This document shows, one piece after another, positions 1 to 10,776 of a stretch of 46,248 nt of DNA. A program made the translations under genes and the position numbers. Below the pieces are notes generated by a model that saw only the letters and a list, made by a program, of their open reading frames with translations, was not told the DNA's origin and made no database searches. The stretch covers positions 1 to 46,248 of the forward strand of contig CDMY01000594.1 of assembly GCA_001179505.1 (NCBI GenBank), in the 5' to 3' direction. Numbering within the stretch: the stretch's first letter is position 1; each line of letters begins with the position of its first letter. The stretch is from Vitrella brassicaformis CCMP3155 (Eukaryota > Protista > Chromerida).

Positions 1-1881
1 ATGAGATGGAGCAGTGGGTGCTTGACGCTGACTTGTCAGACTAGCACCCACTGCTCCATGGGAAGGGCAGATAGGCCTTGTGCATGCATTCTGCATGTGC
101 CTGTTGCCTGTTTGGTGTGTGCTGTGGACAGAGAAGATGCCTGGTTGCGCCGGAAGGTAGCGCCGGGCTTAGGGACAGGTGTCTCGTCAAACCCTTAACC
201 AACCAACCAACCAACCAGATCTTTTTCCCCCTGGAGTGGCTCCTTTCCCAGGAGGTGCTTCCCCTCGAGGTCAGCAAACGCTTTTACCCAGCGAGGTGCC
301 AAGCACATTCCATGCATTTTGATCTGGTTTCAAGGCTGTCTGTCTGTCGGTGTGCACACAGGCCAGGCCATCCGAGGAGTGTGGAGAGAACCCCAGGAGT
401 AGTACAGTACGGTGTGCTGTCGAGATCTGCACGCAGTGACGCAGCCACAAGACGCTGGGCCTTCTTGATATTGCGACAAGCTTCTGCCTTTGGGTCGGTG
501 TTGACAGCAGAGGGGGGAGGCGGGTGGTCAGACAATCACGGCACAACACCTTTCGTCGTGTCTGTTCAGGTGCAGTCTGTCTGATGCCGGCGCCCGTCCG
601 TCCGTCCGTCCGTCCATCCACCCACCCGCCGTTGTGTGCACTCATCCCACATGAGGCTTGCGCTCACTTGTCTGACTGTGTCGTGTGTTGTGTTGGTTGG
701 ATGTGGTGTGTTGTGTTGTGTTGTGTTGTGTTGTTCTCCCTATCTATCCTATCGGCCCGTCTGTCTGTCTGTCAGTTTCACTTGCGGTGTGTGGATGCCT
801 TGCCTTGCGAAGCCGGCATGCTACCCTCGCCCGCGACATCGCGTCGATGTGCCCGGGGAGGCCACACATCGCCTCGCCATGGCTCGATAGAGACGGGCGT
901 GCATGCACTCTGCGGCCGGGAGTGTGGTGAAACTCGGGTACGTCAGTCACGACACATACGATCACAACACAACCACTCAGACAGAGAGGCCAGGCAGAAT
1001 GGATGGATGGATGGACGGGCGCCGGCGACCGTGGATGGGATGGAGGAGGTAAAGGGGAGCCAAGATCCGGAGGGCTGCAATCAATCGCTGACCGAGGGAG
1101 ATGCTATCTGATTGATGTAAGCAAGCACCAACCCATCCATCCAGTGAGGAACAGTCAGACATGGTGGGTGGATACTCTCAATCAATCGACCCGTCAGTCA
1201 GACCCTTGTGTGTGCGCAGATCATTACGGGCGTCGCGGGGGATGTGTGGCTGCTCACCTGAGTCATCCGATGCACTCACTGATGCTAGCGCTGGGGTACA
1301 GAGGCAGCTGGCTGAAGAGGGTGTGGGGCCTCTTGTGGATAGCTTGGGTGGGTGGGTGGGCCGGTGGGGTGTGCACCTGAGCTGCCTCACGCAGACACAC
1401 ATGAAAATGGGCTGGTTGGTGTGTTGCGATGGATGCGTGTGGTGTGTATGCGTGTCCGCGTCTGCCGTGAGTGAGTGGTCGTGATCGATGCATCAACCGA
1501 TTGAATGCTCACGCTGGGTGGGTGGGGGGGATGTACGACGCATGACAGTCAGGGTGCTGTGTCTGAGTGTACGCCTGTGATGTTATGTGACACAAACGCG
1601 CATCTGACTCTTCCGTGGAAGGCCTGCGGGCGTGAAGGACTGTCTGTATGACCATCCACGGCGTGCCGGAAACATGACACAAGCCGCACATGAAAGCACG
1701 TAGGATCTGTTAGCCCCTGAGGGCCGATTGTTTCAAAAATTGGGAACCATACCTTTCGGCAGGAACCACCGGAACTGGAGTAGTTTTCAACTAGCAATCA
1801 GCGCGCATCCGCAAAGCGTCATATGCCACGCTAACGCCCCAGCGCAGGGATACCACTTAGGGTGGCAGAGAAGGCCGGTAG

Positions 1882-2092
1882 ACACAGATCTGCAGTCGGT
1901 GATGGCTGACCGATGTGATTGTCTCAGTTCGTGTCTCGTCGATGGCTGCAGATCTCGACTGTCAGCCATTACGACACACACAGTGGATGCATGGATGGCC
2001 AGCCATATGCTCAGATCAGCAAGATCTCTGCCTGAAAAGGCGGCGCCAGATAAGGTCGATCCCATCAGCCATCATCGACTGCAGATCTGTGT
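1882..2092. mobile_element. MITE-like element, 211 bp, bounded by 28-bp terminal inverted repeats
   Basis: ACACAGATCTGCAGTCGGTGATGGCTGA (1882-1909) matches the reverse complement of TCAGCCATCATCGACTGCAGATCTGTGT (2065-2092) at 27/28 positions. No convincing coding capacity and no clear target-site duplication. Confidence 0.55.
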
Positions 2093-2390
2093 GGGCCTCC
2101 CCTTCTCCCTGCCCTATCAGCCATCGCGGTGTTCCGCTCATTCGCATCATTCTTTCGCCTTTTACTAAAGAATGCCGTGCGTGGGATACAGTTAACGCGT
2201 CTGACGCAATTTTTGCAGCCTCCTGCGCCCTTGGGCGTAACAAAGTAGTGCGAAATCGTGACGAGCGAGGGTGCTGCGTCGCTCCATGATGTGCATGGAT
2301 TCATTCACAGAACCACGCTGTTCACTTCGATTGTCTGGCGAGACTCACGGTGGCGCCTTGCTCACTTTGGATCTGGCAGTAGATCTGAGG

Positions 2391-2563
2391 CTTTCGTTGC
2401 CGGCTGCGCGAACGCAAGGCAGCACCTGCCAGATCTACGGCGATAGACGCCGTATTCTCGGGGCGCCAATGCACAGCATGCTACGACTCCCGCATCCGCC
2501 CCCGATGAAGACGGCAAGCACATCAAGCACACGAACTTTCGTTGCCGGCTGCGCGAACGCAAG
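2391..2563 (+). repeat. Direct repeat CTTTCGTTGCCGGCTGCGCGAACGCAAG (28 bp, two copies)
   Basis: Identical copies at 2391-2418 and 2536-2563. The core CTGCGCGAACGCAA recurs at 4183 and 4249. Confidence 0.85.
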
Positions 2564-2734
2564 CCAGCTCTGCCAGAAATTCCGCTGTTGGCAGGAGCAT
2601 AGCCCCCCCATGCCGCTTCACGTACCCCCGAATGCAATGGAAGCTCCACGACAGCACAGGGACCTTCTTGAGCGCCCCCGAGGCCCAGCCAGGTAAGTTT
2701 AAACAGAGAGTGTGAGCACGGGCCAGGCAGTAAT

Positions 2735-2990
2735 AGATCTGCAGTCGGTGATGGCTGACAGGATCGTCTCAGTTTGTGTCTCATCGATGGCTGCAGATCT
2801 CGGCTTCCTGCCATCACGACAGACACTATGGATGTATGGCTGCCCTGCGGTGTGCTCAGATCAGCGAGATCTCCGCCAGAGAGAAAGGAGGAAGGACGGA
2901 TCAAGCTCGCAATGACGGCGCATGAGGCGTTTGCCGAGTTCATCCGGCTATTCATCGCTGCTTGGCGTTGCATGTCCTCAAACTCGTCAC
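2735..2990 (+). repeat. Dispersed repeat, copy 2 of the AGATCTGCAG hairpin family
   Basis: AGATCTGCAGTCGGTGATGGCTGACAGGATCGTCTCAGTTTGTGTCTCATCGATGGCTGCAGATCTCGGCTTCCTGCCATCACGAC is nearly identical to 4566 onward and aligns with 1886 onward for about 150 bp. The right end is approximate. Confidence 0.85.
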
Positions 2991-3281
2991 CCTTCGCCAG
3001 CTGGTGGCCCCCTCCATCAGCTCTGTGCCTGTCCTTTGGCCTTCATATCATGCCTTCGAGTCGCGGCAGAGGAGCTATCGGCCTTCGAACGGCGGCCAAT
3101 ATACCGACATCGAAATGAATTCGCCACGGGATGAGCACGTTCACATGTGTATGAGCGCCGGTATTCCTCCCTCCTGTGCTCGTGCAGGCTGTTGTATCTT
3201 TTGTGTGGCCCTCTGCTGCCCCCCGCGCAGTGCGGCACCCTCATCGGCTGACGCGGCGAGAAGCCAGGCGGACAGGCAGAG

Positions 3282-3307
3282 ACACACACACACACACACA
3301 CACACAC
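3282..3307. repeat. (CA)n microsatellite, representative of many intronic and intergenic simple repeats
   Basis: Uninterrupted AC/CA run. Similar (GT)n, (CT)n, (GACA)n, (GGAT)n and (GGGA)n tracts occur throughout the window. Confidence 0.95.
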
Positions 3308-3554
3308 GTGTCACGACACGCGATATCAGTTGTCCATCTCTCTGTCTGTCTGTCCGTCCGTCTGATGTGTCTGGCTGATTCAGGCCGGCCGAGTGTGTGA
3401 TTCAGCCACGGTCTCAGACAGCTGCCTGGCTGTCCGCCGGGGACGCAGCAGCGCTGCAGACTTCTCATAGATGGTCGCTGAACACGACACAGCTGCACAG
3501 CTGCATTCATGGACGGCCAGAGAATCGGCGTCATCATCTCGCTCGTCTCGTGGG

Positions 3555-3591
<37 letters not shown>

Positions 3592-4561
3592 CGTCTGTGT
3601 CAGTGTGCGTGTGGGGGGTTGGCGGCTCCTCGGCTTCTCACTCACACGTGCGACCAGCCGTGGTGGCCCTCCTGCTGCAGGACTTATCTCGTGCAGGACA
3701 ATCAGCTGGGGCTGTGCTGTATGGATGTGGATGGATGGATGGGCGGGCGAGTGGATGGGTGGGTTCCGGGATGCACGTAGCGTATGGACTGTGTCCGTCC
3801 GTCCTCTCCTGCCTGTGCCTATGCGGCTGTGCTGTGTGGGACGTGGTGGATGTGTGTCGTGCACGATGAATGAAATGAGTGGCGCCTTCGGGCGTGAGAG
3901 TCAATTCACAGACGAGGAGCATTGTACCGCTCCCTGGTGCCTTCATGATCGAATGGATGAATGGTCCATTTCTTCTCTGCCTGCCTGACTCATATCCTCT
4001 CTGCCCGCCTGGTTGGTGTGTTGTGTGACTAAGTGTGCGTGTGTGTGTGTGTGGTGTGATGTGGTGTGACACACAGGGAGGAATGTGAGGTGAGGACTGT
4101 GTGTTGCGAGCGCATCAATTGCGTGTGGATGGGAGCGATTTGCTGCCAGCTGCGGTGCATATGACGAGTCCATCATCCCTGACTGCGCGAACGCAAGTCA
4201 GCAATACATGGCATAAGCGGCACACACACATGAAGACCTTGTCACCAGCTGCGCGAACGCAAACCGGCTGTCATGTGCAGCCAGAGGGCTACGCAATCAG
4301 TCAGACAGGAGCAATGGTTAGACCCGAAGGCCCAGAAGAGGGTGTGCCACACTCACCGTCGAGTGTAAGAGCGAGGCGACACGCGAGAGGGCGACAGGCA
4401 AGCCTGAACAACCGCTCTCCCCGGAGAAAGAATTCTTGTGACAATTCATGGTTCAATGAACCAATATCAGCTGTCACACTGATAAGAACAGTTACTACAC
4501 TTGATCTTAGCCAAAAGGCCGAGAAGGTATGTTTATTACAGATCTGACGGGGGGGTAGCCG

Positions 4562-4865
4562 ACACAGATCTGCAGTCGGTGATGGCTGACAGGATTGTCT
4601 CAGTTTGTGTCTCATCGATGGCTGCAGATCTCGGCTTCCTGCCATCACGACAGTCACTATGGAGGCGTAATGCCCTGCGGTGTGCTTAATCAACCAAGTC
4701 TCCTCAGGAAAAGGAGGAAGGCAAGATCAAGCTCGCAATGAGATGCGTTCGACTGAGATATGTGGGCATCTGCTCCCCCCGGCATTTCCTGCGCTCGAGC
4801 TCCAGTGCTTGCATCCATTCATCGCTGACTGCTATGGGAGGCGTTTGATGTCCTCAAATTCATCT
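4562..4865 (+). repeat. Dispersed repeat, copy 3 of the AGATCTGCAG hairpin family, ending just upstream of the VPS8 ATG
   Basis: Same 5' core as copy 2, plus shared downstream blocks AAAGGAGGAAGG, GATCAAGCTCGCAATGA, TTCATCGCTG and ATGTCCTCAAA. The right end is approximate. Confidence 0.85.
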
Positions 4866-4918
4866 GAAGTCAAAGCGGGCCTTCTTCGCGAGATCCGCCT
4901 TCTGTCCGGGAAGGAAGG

Positions 4919-7900
4919 ATGAGTCATGGCCTGAGCGTCGAGGATATCATCAACCAGGAGATATCTGACGATGAAGAGGAGGAGCCAACGTCAACAAGTG
5001 CAGCGGCGGACAGCTCTGCCAAGCAGGTCAAGGGCATCACAGTGGAGGAGATCCTCGCGGCCGAGCTCGACGATGACATCGAATTCGCCGTCCCAAAGTC
5101 AGCCAGCGCACACACAAAAGCATAAGAAATATACCATAAAGCAGATGCCTGCACGTGTTTGCTGCGCCTTCTCTCTCGCACACACAGGCCTTCATCGACT
5201 GCCGTCCCGTCGGCTGCGCCGGCTGTAGCCACATCCCTCTCCCCCGTCCCGCCCAGCGCATCTCCCGACGCTCATCCAATGCTGGAGGGAGAACCGCCGC
5301 CTGGTGATGCAGAGGCCACAGCTGGCGACACCACACAGCAGCAGCAGGCCGAGCCAAGCGAAGAGGAGAGGTTCCGTGTGGCGCCCTTCGAGTGGTGTGA
5401 GGCCCATGAGCGGTCTCAGCTGGCGGTGCTGCCCGGCGAGGTGACACTCGCGACGCCTCTGCAGGAGCTCATCAGTTCGAGGCCCTTCAGGCGGCCGCCA
5501 GAGTCGCGAGAGAGCGAGACTCTGCCCCACGGCTCGCGGCAGGACGTGCCAGAGGTCGGCGGCCATCATCTCGTCACGACCACATCACTGGACGACATGA
5601 GCCGGCGGATATCGCAGGAGGGCGGCATGCCCACGTGCATCGCCATCGGCAGCCACTACATCGTCTGCGGCACCACCAGAGGATTCTGTCTGCTCTTCGA
5701 CGCGGCATGCGAGTTCGTCGCCTCCCTCCCGCCACCGGCAGAGAGCCTCGGCGGGGCGACGGCCGTCTGCCTGTCGTCGACCACGGCGAGCGACGGAGGC
5801 CCGGCAGGTCCGCACACGCCCTCTGTAGCCATCTTGGCGGGACATAAGAGCGGTCAGCTGGTGCTTTGGGAGATCCCCCAGGGCGGCAGCGTGGCCAAGT
5901 GTCAGTGTGTGGTGCGGGACGTCCATGCTTCCCCCGTGGTGGCCGTGAGCTTCTGGAAGGGGCGCCACCAGGCCCTCTCGTCCGACGCCATCGGCAACGT
6001 GTCCCTGCTCACCTTCTCGCGGGTTTTCCTGGCCGTCTCCTGTGAGAAGCAGCTGCTGCTGGGAGCAAGCCCCGCCCTCGGGCTCATCCTTGACTTCGCT
6101 CCGATGCCGCCAGGATCGTCGGAGTCGGCCCATCCAGCTGATGCGGCCAGTCTGGTCACCCTGACGGCCACCTACTCGGTGATAGCGGTGTCTTTGCACC
6201 CGTCAGTGTCGCTGCTGCACAAGATGCAGTTCCACCGGGACCCTTCGTCGATAGAGAGCTTGCCGTCGGCGTGTTGGCTGCGGCCACAGCTGGGGTGTGA
6301 GGATGACGGGCATGATGTGGGTAGGGGATGCGAGAAGGCGTCACACATCGGGGGGTGGCAGAGGAGGGAGGAGGACCCGGGCATTGCATCTGACCCCATC
6401 CAAGTGGTGTGTGAGAATACAATACGGGGAAAGGAATGGTGGATCGATCGTCACTGCCTGCCCTGTCTACCTGTGTGTCTGTCTGTCTGTCTGTCTGTGC
6501 ACACACAACACACCACAGGTGTCGTTTGGTAGTTTTGTGCATTTGGTTCGCGTGTTGTTCAACCCCGCCCTGCATGCCCACAGCCAGACGGCTGCGCTGC
6601 CCGCATGCCCACACCCTCTGGAATTCCAAACCATCGCAAAAATCGAAGTCGAGGGCGGCATTCAGGTGGGGTGTGTCACGAATGCGCATTGCATTCTTCG
6701 TCGGTGTGTGCAAACATATGTCCGTGTGTGGTGTGCACTGCAGGTGGTGCGTGCTTTGGGCAGCTCTGTGCTGGCGGTGTTCGACCACCGCGCGAATCTG
6801 TCGATAATCCAGCTGCTGCCATCCGACCCGCCCCCTCTCTCCCCCTCCCCCGCCCTCCCCTCCCCCACAGAACCCCCCAGATCCCGCATCCTCAAGTCGC
6901 TCGTATTCCGCACATCCACACACCACCTGTCCGTCGTCTACCACACCAATGTCGTGCCCACACCCACCACATCAGCAGATGGAGAGGAAGCGGGCCCGTC
7001 GAGGGCTCGGACGGTTGTCAGCTACCACCATTCGTGGGGCGTCTGCCTGCACACGAGGCGGGTTGTGGTGCTGGGGCTGCAGGGCGTGTGCTGCCTCTCG
7101 GTGAGGGGGTGGAGCGACGTCATCGGCGAGATGGTCGAGAGTAGCCAGTGGGAGGAGGCACTGGCCGTCCTATTGGCTCTCTATCAAGACGGCGCACCGC
7201 CGCTGCTCGATGTGCCCCTCGATGGGGCGCAGAGGCGGAGTGCGCTCGTAACGGTGGCGACGCAGCTGATCCAGAGCTACCTCGCCACCAACCTGCCGAG
7301 CCCACAAAGACCCCTCTCGCCCCTGCAGAAGAAGCCAAAACCCCCTCCCCCTCCCCCGCCGCCGCCCCCACCACCGCCCCCACCACCGCCCCATCCGTCA
7401 GCCACAGGACGACCACACGAGCTGCAGACAGGTGTGTCCCCCTCCCCCTCCCCGTCCCCCGCCCGCATCGAGCGCATCTGTGCGTGTGTGACCGAGTGCG
7501 CCGTCAAGATGGAGCTGTGGGACCTCCTGTACAGACTGACGTTCGACCTGTTCAAGGCCGCTGGACACCTGGACACCTTCCTGGCCACCCTACAGCCATA
7601 CATCCTGCTGGAGGCCGTGCCGGCCTCTGTGGATGCAGAGGTGCTGTGCGCCATGGTGGCCTACTTTGCCGACAGGCTGGAGGGGCCCAAGAGGGGCGGG
7701 GGTGAGGATGTCGGTGGGGATAAGACGGCAAGGAGACGCTTCCAGCAGCTGCTGCTCAAGACGGATGTGACGCGGCTGGACCTGAATCAAGTCATCAGGT
7801 GAGTGTAGAGTGAGTGACATGGGTCAAGGCAGGCCCGCAGAGTGAGTCGGTGAGGGGCTATCTATGAGTCATCCGATGTGTGTGTTGTGTTATATATTGT

Positions 7901-10374
7901 GTCTGTCAGGTTGTGTAGCTCTCAGCATCTGTGGAGCACCCTCGCCTACATCTACACCACGGCCCTGCAGGACTTCGTCGCTCCCGTCGAGGTGCTCATG
8001 GGCGAGTGCATCAAGCTGCAACAGCAGCACACGCAGACCTCTCCCGACCACACCACTAATGGCGAAACACCCGCACCCACACAGGCCACCACCGACCTCT
8101 CGCATGAGCCCCTGGTGCGCAAGCTCTTCTACTACTTCCACTGTCTGTTCGAGGGCCAGCCCTTCCCCCTCCCTTCGGGAGCGGCATGCGTCACTGCCCC
8201 GCCACCCAAGGCTATCGCCGAGATTCTCCGGCACATATTCCGCCAGAAACGGAGCGACACCGCGCCCGCGGTGTTCGAGTCGCTGCTGCAGCTGTCGCCA
8301 ACCCTGCTATTCCGCAGCCTGGCGTCCCTCTTCACCAGCGACTTCTCGCGAATGGCCATCAAGGAGGTGGCCAAGACCGGTGGGAGTGCGTCGGCGGCAC
8401 CCGGCCCGATGGTGCTCAGCTGGATAGAGGAGGCCGTCAAGCTGTGCCTCGAGAGTTATGACGACGGCGACACCCGACGTATGGTCGAGGAGGAGCTCGT
8501 CTGGCTGACGGCGCGTGCAGCGGTCGAGGGCGACGACGTGCTGCTGGAGCCAAAGCGACTGGAAGGTGTGGTGTCGTTCCTCCTCTCCAAAGCGGCCCAC
8601 CTGGATAGCGAGGCGCTGCTGCTGGCCCTGCTGGAAAGGGAGGGCCGCAACGGCCGCGGCCCCCTGGCCCCGTCACGCATCGAGTCAGCCACCAATGTTC
8701 TAGTGGAGCAGGCGCATGCCGTGGGCTTCATGCGGGTGGCCTCGCGCGTACATGAGCAGCGGCACGAGTACCCCAAGCTCCTCGACTGCTATCTGCGGGA
8801 CCGGCAGCTGCAGACCGAGATCTTTGACTTCGTCCGCTCACGGCTGGAGAAAGTGCCCGACGGTTTCGACCTGGCGGCCTTCGTCAAGGCGACGCTCGAG
8901 CGGCTGCCGTCACTCGTCAAGGTCGACTGCGACGAGTGCGCGGCCCTTGTGTGTCACATCTTCAGCTCACCGGCAACGTGGGTACAGGCGGCCGGTGCGA
9001 AAGGGGATATGGTGAACGGGGCGACGGAGAAGGGCGGCATGCGTGTCACCGTGCTGCCGGAGCAGGTGCTCACGGCCCTGGACCCCTACCCAGAGCTGCA
9101 GCTGCGTTTTCTCAAGACGCTGCTGACACGGGGGGCGTGCTGGAAGCACAGGGACGACCAGCGGCGGTTCTTTGAGTTGTATGTGGTGCGCCTGGTGGAG
9201 CTCATGTGCCGGCATGAGGCGGGAGGCGTCGTGGGGTTTCTGCGCGAGTATGAGCACCAGATACCCATCGGCGACTGCCTGGCCCTTTGTCAGAAGTACC
9301 AGGTGGTGGATGCGTCGGCCTACCTGATGGAAAGGACGGGCGACTTCCAGGTATGTGGGCAACAGCACAGCACAGCACCCTTCCCTTGCGTGAGCGTCTC
9401 GTCCATGTGTGTTGTCTTGTACATCCATCTATCTGTCTGTATGTCAGGGAGTGGTCACTCTGCTGAAAGCCGCCTTCACGTCTCGGCTGGGCGCCATGCA
9501 GCGCGTCTTTCTGGACCCCTCAGCCAACATCACCAAGTACCTCCGACGACTCATCCCCAAACACCACCACCACACCACCCCGGCAACACAGGCGTCCCAG
9601 GCAGCCTCCTCTCATGCGCAAGGCGGTCCCTCCCACTGGTGGGACGGCTTCCGCGAGGTGACGGAGACGTTCGGTCTGCTGCACCAGGCCATCGACCTCT
9701 GCCAGCGCAACTACCAGCTCATGACGAGCGAGCAGCTCGAGGACCTGTGGTTCGGCTTCCTGGCGGAGGTCGTGCGGGTGCAGGAGAGCGTCCCGCGTGG
9801 ATGGAGCCCCTCCACCGCCGTCGGCAGCTCCCTGCGGCTCACGGGGCTCAACCGGTCGCTGGCCGAGATCGTCTCGGAGATCCTCACCGGCGGGCTGACC
9901 ACCTTCCTGTCTCTCCCCGTCACGCTCAAGCGCATCACCAGACAGCATGCGGCCAGCGAGGTGGGCGTATTCAAGCAACCTTTGGTGCAGATGCTGACGG
10001 GCCTCGCCTTCCAGGAGGCCCTGCTGACCACCTCTGCCCGGCTGGCCGCCCGCGACCTGTTCGCCAGCTTCCAGCAGGTGACCAAGCAGCGCAAGAGGCC
10101 CGCAGTCGTGACACGCACCTACTGCGAGAGCTGCAGCCTGCCACTCGAGTGCCCGCCGGTCAGCGCCCGCCAACACGGGCCTGGTGATGGTGGGGACAGT
10201 GAGCGTGTGCAGGAGAGGGATGGGCGTGTGGCGGTGCTGGCGTGCGGGAAGGCGTACCACGTGGCGTGTCTGGAGTCACAGAGTGACGGGGGAGGCAAGA
10301 GGGATCCTGGCTGGCGTGTGGTGGATAGGACGGGGAAAGGCGACACTGATGCGCTTAGCCCGATCAAACACTGA
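4919..10374 (+). CDS. VPS8: Vacuolar protein sorting-associated protein 8 (CORVET subunit), about 6 exons
   Basis: Exons 4919-5097, 5188-~6406, 6519-6665, 6744-7798, 7910-9350 and 9448-10374, with GT-AG junctions in compatible phase; the ~6406 donor is uncertain. N-terminal WD40-like strands (CIAIGSHYIVCGTTRG, ILAGHKSGQLVLWEI). Vps8 core (TFLATLQPYIL...LDLNQVIRLCSSQHLWSTLAYIY...DFVAPV). Clathrin-repeat-like region (LCQKYQVVDASAYLMERTGD). C-terminal RING-like Cys/His pattern (CESC...LACGKAYHVAC). Confidence 0.9.
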
Positions 10375-10776
10375 TGGAGGATTAAGGCTCGATAGCTGAC
10401 AGACAGGGTAGCTAGAGACAATGACGTGCAGATTTATGTGTGGTATGCGATTGGTTAGTCCTACACGAAGACAATCTGAGACGGCCAGGAAACCCTTTCG
10501 CCCCCAGACGACATCCATTTCATTCCTGCGGGCTGCCAGGGAGTCCACAGTATATCTTCACTCCCGTCGGCCAAGTCCCCCAAAAGTCGCCAGGCATCCA
10601 TCTCCCAGACGCCCTTCTCCTTTGCATACTGGTTGCATACATACACAAAGAGCAGCGACACTAGCTGTAAGGAAAGGATCAAGTAAAGGAAGGAGACAAA
10701 ATGAAGGAAGCCCTGCATGCTGTTGGTGTGCAGAGGTAGCCATCAATCGACTGATTGAGAGTTCCCCCATTGCAGT

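Noticed and set aside
1-1400. Possible 3' exons of a gene entering from outside the window (IFFPLEWLLSQEVLPLE; FHLRCVDALPCEAG; APATVDGMEEVKGSQ...)
   Set aside because: Splice-like signals and microsatellite spacers are present, but I could not build a phase-consistent chain or recognise a family.
3000-4100. Exon-like blocks between microsatellites, mostly on the minus strand
   Set aside because: Frames hit stops or do not join and there is no recognisable domain. Possibly a decayed gene, but unsupported.
2391-4260. CRISPR-like array suggested by recurring short repeats
   Set aside because: Only 2-4 copies with irregular spacing (65 to more than 1600 bp), no cas genes, and a eukaryotic context.
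1915-4693. Similar short ORFs (IVSVCVSSMAADL..., MAGSRDLQPSMRHKL...) read as a protein family
   Set aside because: They are translations of the DNA repeat in both orientations, and the copies shift frame after the shared core.
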